From positions 58,112 to 122,111 of the forward strand of contig CAINWP010000076.1 of assembly GCA_903854475.1 (NCBI GenBank): 64,000 nucleotides of DNA. Direction: 5' to 3'. Numbering within the stretch: position 1 is the first letter of the stretch; every line of letters starts with the position of its first letter. A model generated the notes under the pieces. That model was given only the letters and a program-made list of their open reading frames with translations, was not told the DNA's origin and searched no databases. Shown piece by piece: positions 41,684 through 50,008 of this stretch. A program made the translations under genes and the position numbers. The stretch comes from an uncultured Verrucomicrobiota bacterium. GTDB lineage: Bacteria > Verrucomicrobiota > Verrucomicrobiia > Limisphaerales > UBA9464.

Positions 41684-43126
41684 ATGATGAATTTTCTGAA
41701 ACTGGGTTCCCGTCCGCGCAAAGCCCCGCCCTCCGTACTGGGGCTTTCGTGGGAGGGCCGTCGCATCGAGGGCAGCCTCTTGCGCCGGACTCAGAACGGG
41801 ATTGAGAAAACGCTCGGATTTCAGGCCGAACTGTCTCTGGACATTGATTCGGGTGATCCTGAAACCGTCGGCAAGGAGTTACGGGCTCAGCTAGATCAGG
41901 CTGGTATTCGGGAACGCACCTGTGCGGTGGCCCTGTCGGTTTCTAGCCTGCTGGTCACCCAGACTGAAATTCCAGTCTTGGCCGATGCCGATGCACACAG
42001 CTTGTTGCAACTGGAGGCGGAGAAGGGTTTTCACGGCGACGCTTCGACCCATCAGGTGGCCCACTCGCGCTGTGTCCGGGGTGAGGGTAGCCAATGGGTG
42101 ACCTTAGCCGCATTGACGCAATCTCGTTTGGCCTCTCTGGAACGTTGGACTCGTTCTGCGCGCCTCAAGTTGGTGAGCGTTTCGGCGACCCTGTGCGAGC
42201 TCCAGCCTCCTGAAAATCCTGCCTCGGAGGGGGTCCTCGCGTTGCACCTCGGATCCGGGCCGGGTCCGGTGACACTCCAGATGAGCGCTGGAGGCGGTCT
42301 GGTGGCCTTGCGTTCCTTCGAGGGCGTTACCGAAGACCCGTCTGGCCGACCGGTTTTACATGCCGACAGCGTCGCACGGGAGATTCGGATTACGTTGGGG
42401 CAACTCCCAGATCCTTGGAATGGCTCCATTCGCGATGTTCGCATCTTTGGCCCCCAAGACCTGGCGCAAACGCTGGCCGCTGAGCTGTCCACGCGATTGT
42501 CGGTGGCCGGTTTCCGCATCCGCCCCCAGACCACCGAAGTGCCCGGGTTGGCCTCGTCTCAAGAGCTCCCAATTTCAGCGGTGGTCGCAGCCCGTGTACT
42601 GGCCTCGCGGCCGGCGACCCTCGAGTTCCTGCCGCCCAAGCCATCGGTGTTCCAACAATTCTTGGCCCGTCACGCCCAAGGGCAGCGACGCACGGTCTGG
42701 ACGGTCGCCGGCGGCGTGGCTGTCCTGGTGGCTCTGGCTTTCCTGATTCAGCAAATCCAACTCTCGCTCTTGGAATCCCGTTGGGCGGGTCTCTCAGGCA
42801 AGGTCCGGGAGCTGGAACGCATCCAGCAAGATTTGCGACAATTCCGACCTTGGACCCCTCAGTCGGCCCGGGGCTTGGCGATTTTGGAGGTTCTGACGAG
42901 CGCCTTCCCCGAGAACGGATCGGTGACCGCCAAGGTCATCGAAATTCGAGAATCGGGCGAGGTGGTCTGCAGTGGCACGGCCACCGATAATCCGGCTTTT
43001 TTGGCCATGACGGCCCGTCTGAGCGCCTTGCCCGGAGTCCTCAAGGTTCACCACGACCAATCCCGTGGTGTTTCTCCGATGCAGTTCAACCTCACCTTCG
43101 TCTGGAATGGAGGCATGGCCCGATGA
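41684..43126 (+). CDS. PilM-like cytoplasmic domain fused via one TM helix to a PilN-like periplasmic domain (GspL-equivalent)
   Basis: The N-terminal ~330 aa show a PilM/actin-like pattern (VLGLSWEGRRIEGSLL...CAVALSVSSLLVTQTEIPVL...LLQLEAEKGF). TM helix TVWTVAGGVAVLVALAFLIQQI. Coiled-coil plus ferredoxin-like C-terminus. Confidence 0.6.
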   Translation: MMNFLKLGSRPRKAPPSVLGLSWEGRRIEGSLLRRTQNGIEKTLGFQAELSLDIDSGDPETVGKELRAQLDQAGIRERTCAVALSVSSLLVTQTEIPVLADADAHSLLQLEAEKGFHGDASTHQVAHSRCVRGEGSQWVTLAALTQSRLASLERWTRSARLKLVSVSATLCELQPPENPASEGVLALHLGSGPGPVTLQMSAGGGLVALRSFEGVTEDPSGRPVLHADSVAREIRITLGQLPDPWNGSIRDVRIFGPQDLAQTLAAELSTRLSVAGFRIRPQTTEVPGLASSQELPISAVVAARVLASRPATLEFLPPKPSVFQQFLARHAQGQRRTVWTVAGGVAVLVALAFLIQQIQLSLLESRWAGLSGKVRELERIQQDLRQFRPWTPQSARGLAILEVLTSAFPENGSVTAKVIEIRESGEVVCSGTATDNPAFLAMTARLSALPGVLKVHHDQSRGVSPMQFNLTFVWNGGMAR

Positions 43127-43659
43127 ATCCCACCCAACGTCAACGTCTCCTCATGATCGTGACCCTGGCCGCAGTGGGTCTCTACATCGCCGACCTCGTG
43201 TTCATCACGCCGATGGGCCGAGCTTGGTCGGAGCGCTCAGCACGCATCGCCACGCTGCAGCGTCAGGTGAGCGAGGGACGGGCGTTGATCCAGCGCGAGG
43301 GAGGACTTCGGGATCAGTGGAACCACTTGCGCACCAACGCCCTGCCGCATGAACCGTCCCAGGCCGAGCAACGTCTGCTTCGGGCCTGCGATGAATGGGC
43401 CAAGGCGTCCGGGGCTCAAATCGTGGATCGAATGCCGCAGTGGAAGGGCGACGAAGCCGCCTACCAACTGTTGCGGTGTCGCCTCGAGACTTCCGGGTCT
43501 CTCGCGAGTTTGACTCAGTTTATCCAGCGGATTGAAGAGGGTCCGTTGGCCGTCAAGGTCGATAGCCTTCAGATGATGAGCCGCGATCCGGCCGGTCGTC
43601 AGTTGACTCTCAGCCTCCAAATCAACGGCCTCGTGCTCAATCCCTCGTCTAAGCCATGA
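43123..43659 (+). CDS. PilO/GspM-like bitopic assembly protein
   Basis: N-terminal TM helix LLMIVTLAAVGLYIADLVFI, a coiled-coil, then a C-terminal alpha/beta domain. ATGA overlap on both sides. Confidence 0.55.
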   Translation: MNPTQRQRLLMIVTLAAVGLYIADLVFITPMGRAWSERSARIATLQRQVSEGRALIQREGGLRDQWNHLRTNALPHEPSQAEQRLLRACDEWAKASGAQIVDRMPQWKGDEAAYQLLRCRLETSGSLASLTQFIQRIEEGPLAVKVDSLQMMSRDPAGRQLTLSLQINGLVLNPSSKP

Positions 43660-44270
43660 AGGTTCCTCCCTCAATTTGGATTGGTTTCCTAGTGGCCGAG
43701 GTCCTGTTTGGGTCCTTGCTGGGTTTCGCTGCCGAGACTCATCCGACGCCGGTGATCGACTCCAAGGAGGTGGCGCGTCGGGTGGGCGATCGAAACATTT
43801 TCGATCCAGAAAGGCAGCCCAAGATCCGGGGTGAATCTCGACCGGCACCCAAGCCGAAGGCGGTGGCCTCGGCTGACGCCCCTGAGTTTGGACTCGTGGG
43901 AGTCATAACCTATCCGAGAGGCACCTTTGCCTTCTTTGACGGCAACACCGCGGACCTTCGCAAGACCCTCCAGGTGAACGCGGTCATCGCCGGCCAGACC
44001 CTGAGCCTCGTTTCTCCCCAGTCGGTCACCTTGTTAGGGTCCAATCGCCCTCCAGTTTTGCTGAAGGTGGGTCAACGGCTCCGTCAAGATTCGGAGGGCG
44101 CTTGGCAATTGTTGTCCGGCACCGGCGGAGATGGGTTCAAGCGAGTGGGCTCAGCCGAGGGAGCGACCGGAACAGCGGCCGCCTCGTCGACGACTCCGAG
44201 CGAGGACCCCCCGGGATCCGATGAAATTTTGAAGCGGCTTTTGAAAAAACGGGAACAGGAGATGAAATGA
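43656..44270 (+). CDS. PilP/GspC-HR-like periplasmic protein
   Basis: N-terminal hydrophobic anchor. Beta-rich core FGLVGVITYPRGTFAFFDGNTADLRKTLQVNAVIAGQTLSLVSPQSVTLL resembles the PilP/GspC homology region. Confidence 0.5.
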   Translation: MKVPPSIWIGFLVAEVLFGSLLGFAAETHPTPVIDSKEVARRVGDRNIFDPERQPKIRGESRPAPKPKAVASADAPEFGLVGVITYPRGTFAFFDGNTADLRKTLQVNAVIAGQTLSLVSPQSVTLLGSNRPPVLLKVGQRLRQDSEGAWQLLSGTGGDGFKRVGSAEGATGTAAASSTTPSEDPPGSDEILKRLLKKREQEMK

Positions 44271-45553
44271 AGACCTTGATCACTCGAGCCTTTGGCGCCG
44301 CCTGTGCTGTGGGATGTTTGGCTGGCGGCCTGTTAGCTCAGGATGCCGGTGCACCCACTAGCAATGCCCCAGCCACCACCCGAACGGAAACGACCACGAG
44401 TCCGTCGCCCGCGCCCCGGGAACAGAACTCGGCGGCCGGCAGTGCTGCGGGGATTCAGATGAATTTCAGGAATGCTCCATTGGAGCAGGTTCTTGAATAC
44501 CTGAGCGAAGCGGCCGGTTTCATCATCGTTTTGGACGCGCCTATTAAGGGCACCGTCAACGTGATTAGCGCCAAGCCCATGAGTCAGGACGAGGCGGTGG
44601 ATTTTCTGAGTTCAGCACTCAACAAGAATGGTCTGGCCGCCATTCGGGATGGTCGAACTCTGACCATTATCGACCGCACAGCGGCCAAGACCCGGGACAT
44701 CCCGGTGAAGGTGAACAACGATCCCCGGATGATTCCGAAGAACGATGAGATCGTGACGCAAATCATTCCGATCCGATACGTCGAGGCCGATCAATTGGCC
44801 AAGGATCTCGTCTCCTTCATTTCGCCTCAGGCGACCTTCGTGGCTAATGCCGCCGGCAACTCCATCGTGATGACGGACACCCAAGCCAACATTCGGCACA
44901 TGGTGGAGATCATCAAAGCCATCGACTCGAGTGCCGAAGCCGAGACCGAAATTCGTGTGTTCCATCTGACCCATGCCAGCCCTTCCGATGTGGCCACCGC
45001 CCTGGCTGGGGTGTTTCCCACCAGCAGCGGGTCGGGAAACAACAATCAGGCGCCGGTCCGGTTTGGTGGGGGACCCTTCGGAGGAGCAGGAGGTTTTGCG
45101 GCAATGATGGGAGGCGGCGGTGGTGGCGGTGGACGAGGCGGCGGTGGCGGTGGTGGTGGTAATTCCGCGTCCGGACAAAACGATCGGATCCGTCGTGCAT
45201 CGCAGGTCATGGCGGTGCCCGATTCACGGACCTCTTCAGTCATCGTGACCGCTTCCAAGAATCTGATGACACAGATTGCGGGTATGGTGCGCGAATTGGA
45301 TGTGGTTTCCACACGGGACCAGCAAGTGCACGTGTTTCGTATGAACAACGGCGATCCTCAGCAGGCGGCGCAGGTGCTGCAGAACATGTTCCAGAGCACA
45401 TCGGGCAGCCGGACAGGCGCCAGTGGCAGTGCTCAGAACAGTGCGCTCATGCAGCGCCAGCAAAACAACAACCAGACCACGGGCAGCACCTCTAGTGGAT
45501 CGGGTACCTTTGGGAATAGCGGCGGTGGCCGCTCCGGCGGGCAACTGTTCTGA
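44267..45553 (+). CDS. secretin N-domain protein (N0 + two complete and one half N1-type modules; no secretin C-domain)
   Basis: Signal peptide. N0-like MNFRNAPLEQVLEYLSEAAGFIIVLD...GRTLTIID. Modules IIPIRYVEADQLAKDL...IVMTDTQANIRHMVEIIKAIDS and IRVFHLTHASPSDVATALAGVF-[polyGly]-VMAVPDSRTSSVIVTASKNLMTQIAGMVRELD. Ends with VHVFRMNNGDPQQAAQVLQNMF plus a S/G/N/Q-rich tail. Confidence 0.8.
   Translation: MKTLITRAFGAACAVGCLAGGLLAQDAGAPTSNAPATTRTETTTSPSPAPREQNSAAGSAAGIQMNFRNAPLEQVLEYLSEAAGFIIVLDAPIKGTVNVISAKPMSQDEAVDFLSSALNKNGLAAIRDGRTLTIIDRTAAKTRDIPVKVNNDPRMIPKNDEIVTQIIPIRYVEADQLAKDLVSFISPQATFVANAAGNSIVMTDTQANIRHMVEIIKAIDSSAEAETEIRVFHLTHASPSDVATALAGVFPTSSGSGNNNQAPVRFGGGPFGGAGGFAAMMGGGGGGGGRGGGGGGGGNSASGQNDRIRRASQVMAVPDSRTSSVIVTASKNLMTQIAGMVRELDVVSTRDQQVHVFRMNNGDPQQAAQVLQNMFQSTSGSRTGASGSAQNSALMQRQQNNNQTTGSTSSGSGTFGNSGGGRSGGQLF
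45064..45160 (+). repeat. GGN-codon low-complexity tract (poly-Gly loop insertion)
   Basis: Encodes GGGPFGGAGGFAAMMGGGGGGGGRGGGGGGGG inside an N-domain loop. Confidence 0.8.
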
Positions 45554-45579
45554 ACTTAAGAACCTTGAACGATTCTAGA

Positions 45580-46896
45580 ATGAAAACCAGTGGTTCTATC
45601 CTTTCGCGATTCCTTTCCACGGCCCCGGTGCTCCGCGTGTTGGTCGCGCTCCTCGGATTGTCCCTAGTCCTACCCGCCATAGCCCAACAGCGCGGCGGTG
45701 GTGGTGGTGGCGGGTTTGGTGGTGGCGGTGGATTCGGCGGCGGCGGCGGGTTTGGCGGCGGCGGGTTTGGTGGTGGTGGCGGAGGCAATCGAGGCACCGG
45801 ATCCTCGGGTCTCTATAACAACAATGGCACTGTTGGCAGCGCCCTCATCACGGTGGATCCGCAGACCCACAATCTCGTGGTCATCGCCGACGCCCTGACG
45901 GCCCTGCAAATTAGCAACGTCATCCGGAATCTCGACTCACCTAAGCCGCAAGTGCTTATCAAGGTGGTCTTCATGGAGGTTCAGCGAAACAACGGCTCCG
46001 AACTCGGAGTCGAAGGCGCTTGGGCCAAGAACAACATTGGAAACAACATTAGCAGCGGCGGTGGGACCGTGATGGGTCTATCCGGGGTCAACACGATTAC
46101 CACCAACTTGAACGGCTTGGGGCAATCGATGGGAACGGCACTGACTCCGTCCTCCACCGGCAGCGGTTCCGGTGGTCTTTATTCCATCGCCGGCTCCGAG
46201 TTTCAGGCGACGCTCCGAGCTGTGGCTACATCGGGTAAAGCGCAGGTTTTATCCCGTCCGTCGATCATCGCCCGCGATGGGCAATTGGCGCGCATCGTGG
46301 TCGGTCAACAAGTGCCCCTGCCCAGTGGCGTTTCCTATGCGGCTTCGGGTAACAACACCATCCCCATTATTAACGTCACCTACAATGACGTGGGCATCAT
46401 CCTTAACGTCACTCCATTCATCGGTTCTAATGGTCAAGTCGAGATGATCGTCCAACCGCAAATCTCTTCAGTTTCACCGACTGAAAAGCAGTTCTTGTCG
46501 GCCGATGTTTCGGCTCCTTACATCAATGTCCGTTCAGCCGACACCGTGGTGGTCACTCCAAATGCGGAGACTGTTGTCATTGGCGGACTCATCTCGAATA
46601 ACCAATCCCAGAGCGAGAAGAAGGTTCCGTACTTGGGTGATATCCCGATTCTGGGCAATTTGTTCAAGACTCGCGCCAAGAGCGACGCCAAGACCGAACT
46701 GCTCATCTTTCTGACGCCCTACATTCTCCAGGCACCTTCTCAGTTGGCTCAATTGACAACGAAGGAAACCCACCAAGCGTCGTTGATCACCAATTCGGTC
46801 TCAGAGATGGATCTCAACCGATTCCTTGAAAAGGTTCCGGTCAAATCAGACGCCCCGGCCCCGGCCCCTAAGTCCAAGGGATTCTTCAAAAAGTGA
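45580..46896 (+). CDS. secretin (GspD/PilQ family C-domain) with its own signal peptide and poly-Gly N-terminus
   Basis: ATG 45580 with signal peptide MKTSGSILSRFLSTAPVLRVLVALLGLSLVLPAIA. A (G4-5F)n tract follows, then ITVDPQTHNLVVIADALTALQISNVIRNLD. Secretin core: QVLIKVVFMEV...SRPSIIARDGQLARIVVGQQVP...VGIILNVTP...VPYLGDIPILGNLF...ELLIFLTPYIL. Confidence 0.85.
   Translation: MKTSGSILSRFLSTAPVLRVLVALLGLSLVLPAIAQQRGGGGGGGFGGGGGFGGGGGFGGGGFGGGGGGNRGTGSSGLYNNNGTVGSALITVDPQTHNLVVIADALTALQISNVIRNLDSPKPQVLIKVVFMEVQRNNGSELGVEGAWAKNNIGNNISSGGGTVMGLSGVNTITTNLNGLGQSMGTALTPSSTGSGSGGLYSIAGSEFQATLRAVATSGKAQVLSRPSIIARDGQLARIVVGQQVPLPSGVSYAASGNNTIPIINVTYNDVGIILNVTPFIGSNGQVEMIVQPQISSVSPTEKQFLSADVSAPYINVRSADTVVVTPNAETVVIGGLISNNQSQSEKKVPYLGDIPILGNLFKTRAKSDAKTELLIFLTPYILQAPSQLAQLTTKETHQASLITNSVSEMDLNRFLEKVPVKSDAPAPAPKSKGFFKK
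45694..45787 (+). repeat. tandem GGN/TTY-codon tract encoding (GGGGGF)n
   Basis: ggcggtggtggtggtggcgggtttggtggtggcggtggattcggcggcggcggcgggtttggcggcggcgggtttggtggtggtggcggaggc. Confidence 0.8.
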
Positions 46897-47064
46897 CCCG
46901 CGCACTGAGTGGAGCCCGGCCAGCTCAGTCATCGGAGTGACCCGCTGGGTGGTCAGCACCAAAGTGTCGTTGACGGCGAATTAACTGCCCAACAGGGTCG
47001 GCCGACGGGAGCCGGCAGAGAGCCTCTACATCGGGGCCCTTCGGAGACCCCAATCACCTTGATT

Positions 47065-48294
47065 ATGAGCAAACTCGATTCCGTTTACGCGAAACTTCAG
47101 GTCAAGACCGGGGCCAAAATGGCACTCATCGTTCTCGACGGCCTAGGAGATCTAGCGACCCGTTCCCAGAATTGGATGACGCCGTTGGAGGCGGCCAAGA
47201 CCCCGAACCTCGACGCCCTGACCCAATCGGGGTGCGCCCAAGGACGGATGATTCCGGTGGCACCGGGCATTACCCCTGGATCGGGTCCCGGACATCTGGC
47301 CCTCTTCGGTTACGACCCCATCGAATGGGAGGTCGGCCGAGGTGTGATCGAGACGCTGGGTTTGGGCATCGAGCTCAAGAATGGGGACGTGGCGGCACGG
47401 GCTAATTTCTGCACCCTCGATCCCAAGGGAATCGTCACAGACCGTCGCGCCGGTCGCATTGCGACCGAGGTTTGCGAGCGTTTGTGTGGAATCCTCTCTG
47501 CTAAGATTCAGAAGATCGGCGCAACCGAGGTTCACATTTATCCGGGCAAGGAGCATCGCTTTGTCGTGGTGTTCCGGGGTCAGGGTCTGGAAGGCCCGCT
47601 GACGGATACAGATCCCAACCGCGAGGGGCTCCAGATCGCCGAGGCCAAGCCGGTGGATCCGCAGAATGCCGGCCAGAAGAAGGTCGCCAAACTGATCGCC
47701 GATTTCTACAAGCTGGCCTTGCCGCTCTTGGCGGGTGAGAAGATGGCCAACGGGTTCCTCATGCGCGGTGTTGCCCATCAGCCTGAAATTCCGACTTTCG
47801 AGCAGCGCTACGGTCTGAAGGCGGCAGCGATCGCGGTCTACCCGATGTACAAGGGTTTGAGCCAGTTGGTCGGCATGGTGAAGATTGAGGGACCGGAAAC
47901 GATCGCCCAGCAGTTTGAGCGATACGTGAAGGAGTACGACCAATACGACTTTTTCTTCATCCACTACAAGTACACTGACAAGGCCGGCGAAGACGGCGAT
48001 TTCGCGGCCAAGGTTAAGGCCATCGAGGACTTCGATGCCGCTTTGCCCATCTTCTTGGCCAAGAAGCCCGATGTAATAGCGATTACGGGCGACCATTCCA
48101 CACCGGTCGCCGTGAAGGGTCACTCGTGGCATCCGCAGCCGGTGCTCATCCACTCCGAAATCAGCGGCAGCGACAAGCTGTCCCGTTTCACGGAGACAGG
48201 AGCTAATTCCGGATCCCTTGGTATCTTTGAGGCCAAGTATCTCATGCGTCTGATGCAGGCCAATGCTCGTCTGTTCGACAAGTACGGCGCCTGA
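47065..48294 (+). CDS. apgM: cofactor-independent phosphoglycerate mutase, archaeal-type (ApgM)
   Basis: ALIVLDGLGD..., ITGDHSTP and full-length ApgM-family similarity. ATG at 47065. Confidence 0.85.
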   Translation: MSKLDSVYAKLQVKTGAKMALIVLDGLGDLATRSQNWMTPLEAAKTPNLDALTQSGCAQGRMIPVAPGITPGSGPGHLALFGYDPIEWEVGRGVIETLGLGIELKNGDVAARANFCTLDPKGIVTDRRAGRIATEVCERLCGILSAKIQKIGATEVHIYPGKEHRFVVVFRGQGLEGPLTDTDPNREGLQIAEAKPVDPQNAGQKKVAKLIADFYKLALPLLAGEKMANGFLMRGVAHQPEIPTFEQRYGLKAAAIAVYPMYKGLSQLVGMVKIEGPETIAQQFERYVKEYDQYDFFFIHYKYTDKAGEDGDFAAKVKAIEDFDAALPIFLAKKPDVIAITGDHSTPVAVKGHSWHPQPVLIHSEISGSDKLSRFTETGANSGSLGIFEAKYLMRLMQANARLFDKYGA

Positions 48295-48332
48295 GTTGCC
48301 GGATCATTTGCCGCTGTCGAACAACACGAAAA

Positions 48333-48365
48333 GGGACAGACCGATCTCGGTTCTGTCCCTTTTTC
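48333..48365 (+). terminator. rho-independent terminator after apgM
   Basis: gggacagaccga-tc-tcggttctgtccc hairpin (one bulge) followed by ttttt. Confidence 0.75.
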
Positions 48366-48476
48366 GCTGAACAGATCTCTCAACCGGTTCAAGAGCCATG
48401 ACCCGGTTAAAGAACCACGAACGCAGTCCTGTGAGCAGGGCTTGATCGGGATGGATTCGGGACGCAGATTCTCTGG

Positions 48477-49928
48477 ATGCACCCGCAGTTGCCGACACCC
48501 ATCTTGGAATCCCTCAAGGCCTCCACGCGGCGGCGTTTTCTCCAGCACTGTGGCACCGGCATGGGCGCCTTGGCATTGAGCACCTTGCTCAACCCGTCAT
48601 TGCAGGCCGGCACTCAGGAATCGGGAACCGCGTTCAAGGCCCCGCACTTCGCCCCTAAGGCCAAGAACATCATTTACCTGTTTCAGTCCGGTGGGCCCTC
48701 GCACCTCGACCTCTTCGATCCCAAGCCGGAGCTCACTAAGCGCAACGGCCAACGGGTCCCCGAGGAGTTGGTAAAAAACATACGGTTGGCTCAGATCGGC
48801 AAGGAGTCCAAGTTGCTGGCTTCTCCTTATCAGTTTGCCCGACACGGCAAATCCGGGGCCTGGATAAGTGAACTCCTGCCCCAGTTGGGTTCCATTGCTG
48901 ACGATGTCTGTTTCGTGAAGGGCTTCTACTCCGAGGCATTTAACCATGACCCGGCGACCTTGTTCATGAACACCGGAGCTCAGTTGGCGGGTCGGCCGGG
49001 CATGGGTTCGTGGTTCAGCTACGGCCTGGGCAGCGAGAACAAGGACTTGCCGGCCTTTGTGGTGATGATGACGGGCGTCGGACAGCCCCTCACCAACGCG
49101 GCTTGGGGCAGCGGCTTCTTACCGACGGTGCATCAGGGCGTTACATTGCGCTCACAGGGTGATCCGGTGCTGTACGTCGGAAATCCGCCGGGCATGGATC
49201 GCAAACGCCGTCGCCAAACATTGGATGTCCTTCGGGACCTCAATCAGGCGCGTTTCGATGTCTTGCAAGATCCAGAGATCCAGACACGAATCGCCTCCTA
49301 TGAGCTCGCCTACCGCATGCAAACCAGTGTGCCCGAGGTCATGGATATCACGGGCGAAACAGCGCGTGTCCATGAGGCCTACGGGACAACTCCCGGACGG
49401 GCTTCTTTCGCCAACAACTGCCTACTGGCCCGTCGATTGGTCGAGCGTGGAGTTCGCTTTGTCCAACTCTACCACCGGGGCTGGGATCATCATGGCGGGC
49501 CCGACGGCAATTTGGTCTTTGATCTCAAGAAGCGTTGCGCCGAGACCGATCAGCCGTCTGTTGCCCTCATCAAGGACCTCAAGGAGCGTGGTCTTCTCGA
49601 CGAAACCTTGGTCCTTTGGGGCGGAGAGTTTGGTCGGACTCCGATGATGCAAGGAGCTCTCAAGCCAGACCAGATCGGTCGAGATCATCATCCGCATGGG
49701 TATACCATTTGGATGGCGGGTGGCGGTATTAAGCCAGGCACAGTTTACGGCGGGACCGATGATTTCGGTTTTTATGCCACTGAAAACAAGGTTCACGTGC
49801 ACGATTTGCATGCCACTCTCCTGCACCTCTTCGGCATGGATCACCATAGGCTTACCTACCGATTCCAAGGGCGTGATTTCCGTCTCACTGACGTCCATGG
49901 AGAGGTGATACAGGGAATCTTGGCCTAG
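48477..49928 (+). CDS. DUF1501 domain protein (sulfatase-fold), Tat-exported
   Basis: Twin-arginine signal STRRRFLQHCGTGMGALAL. DUF1501 hallmarks: IIYLFQSGGPSHLDLFDPKP, FVVM..., WDHH, GEFGRTP, GRDHHP. Confidence 0.85.
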   Translation: MHPQLPTPILESLKASTRRRFLQHCGTGMGALALSTLLNPSLQAGTQESGTAFKAPHFAPKAKNIIYLFQSGGPSHLDLFDPKPELTKRNGQRVPEELVKNIRLAQIGKESKLLASPYQFARHGKSGAWISELLPQLGSIADDVCFVKGFYSEAFNHDPATLFMNTGAQLAGRPGMGSWFSYGLGSENKDLPAFVVMMTGVGQPLTNAAWGSGFLPTVHQGVTLRSQGDPVLYVGNPPGMDRKRRRQTLDVLRDLNQARFDVLQDPEIQTRIASYELAYRMQTSVPEVMDITGETARVHEAYGTTPGRASFANNCLLARRLVERGVRFVQLYHRGWDHHGGPDGNLVFDLKKRCAETDQPSVALIKDLKERGLLDETLVLWGGEFGRTPMMQGALKPDQIGRDHHPHGYTIWMAGGGIKPGTVYGGTDDFGFYATENKVHVHDLHATLLHLFGMDHHRLTYRFQGRDFRLTDVHGEVIQGILA

Positions 49929-50008
49929 TCGATGGGGAGCGAGAGTGAGAATAACTCATCGGCCCTGTGCGTTGACGCAGTCAAAAAAGTTTCCATATTG
50001 GCAGACCG

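Noticed and set aside
45517-45580. Programmed or accidental frameshift joining the two secretin ORFs
   Set aside because: Not fully rejected. The downstream frame is open from 45520, so a 1-nt indel would fuse the ORFs. I saw no slippery heptamer, and the fused product would bury a signal-peptide-like hydrophobic segment inside a periplasmic domain. I therefore favour a genuine split, and the indel caveat is carried in the split-secretin finding (44267-46896).
45046-45797. Minus-strand ORFs encoding poly-Pro runs (PPPPPPNPPPPNPPPPP…)
   Set aside because: They are the reverse complement of the GGN-codon Gly tracts in the secretin genes, and the plus-strand frames carry clear secretin domains.
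47152-48153. 333-codon minus-strand ORF (with similar ones at 35947-36693, 52143-52697 and 53404-53961)
   Set aside because: These are antisense to apgM, gspE, atpB and atpF respectively, and none has family motifs.
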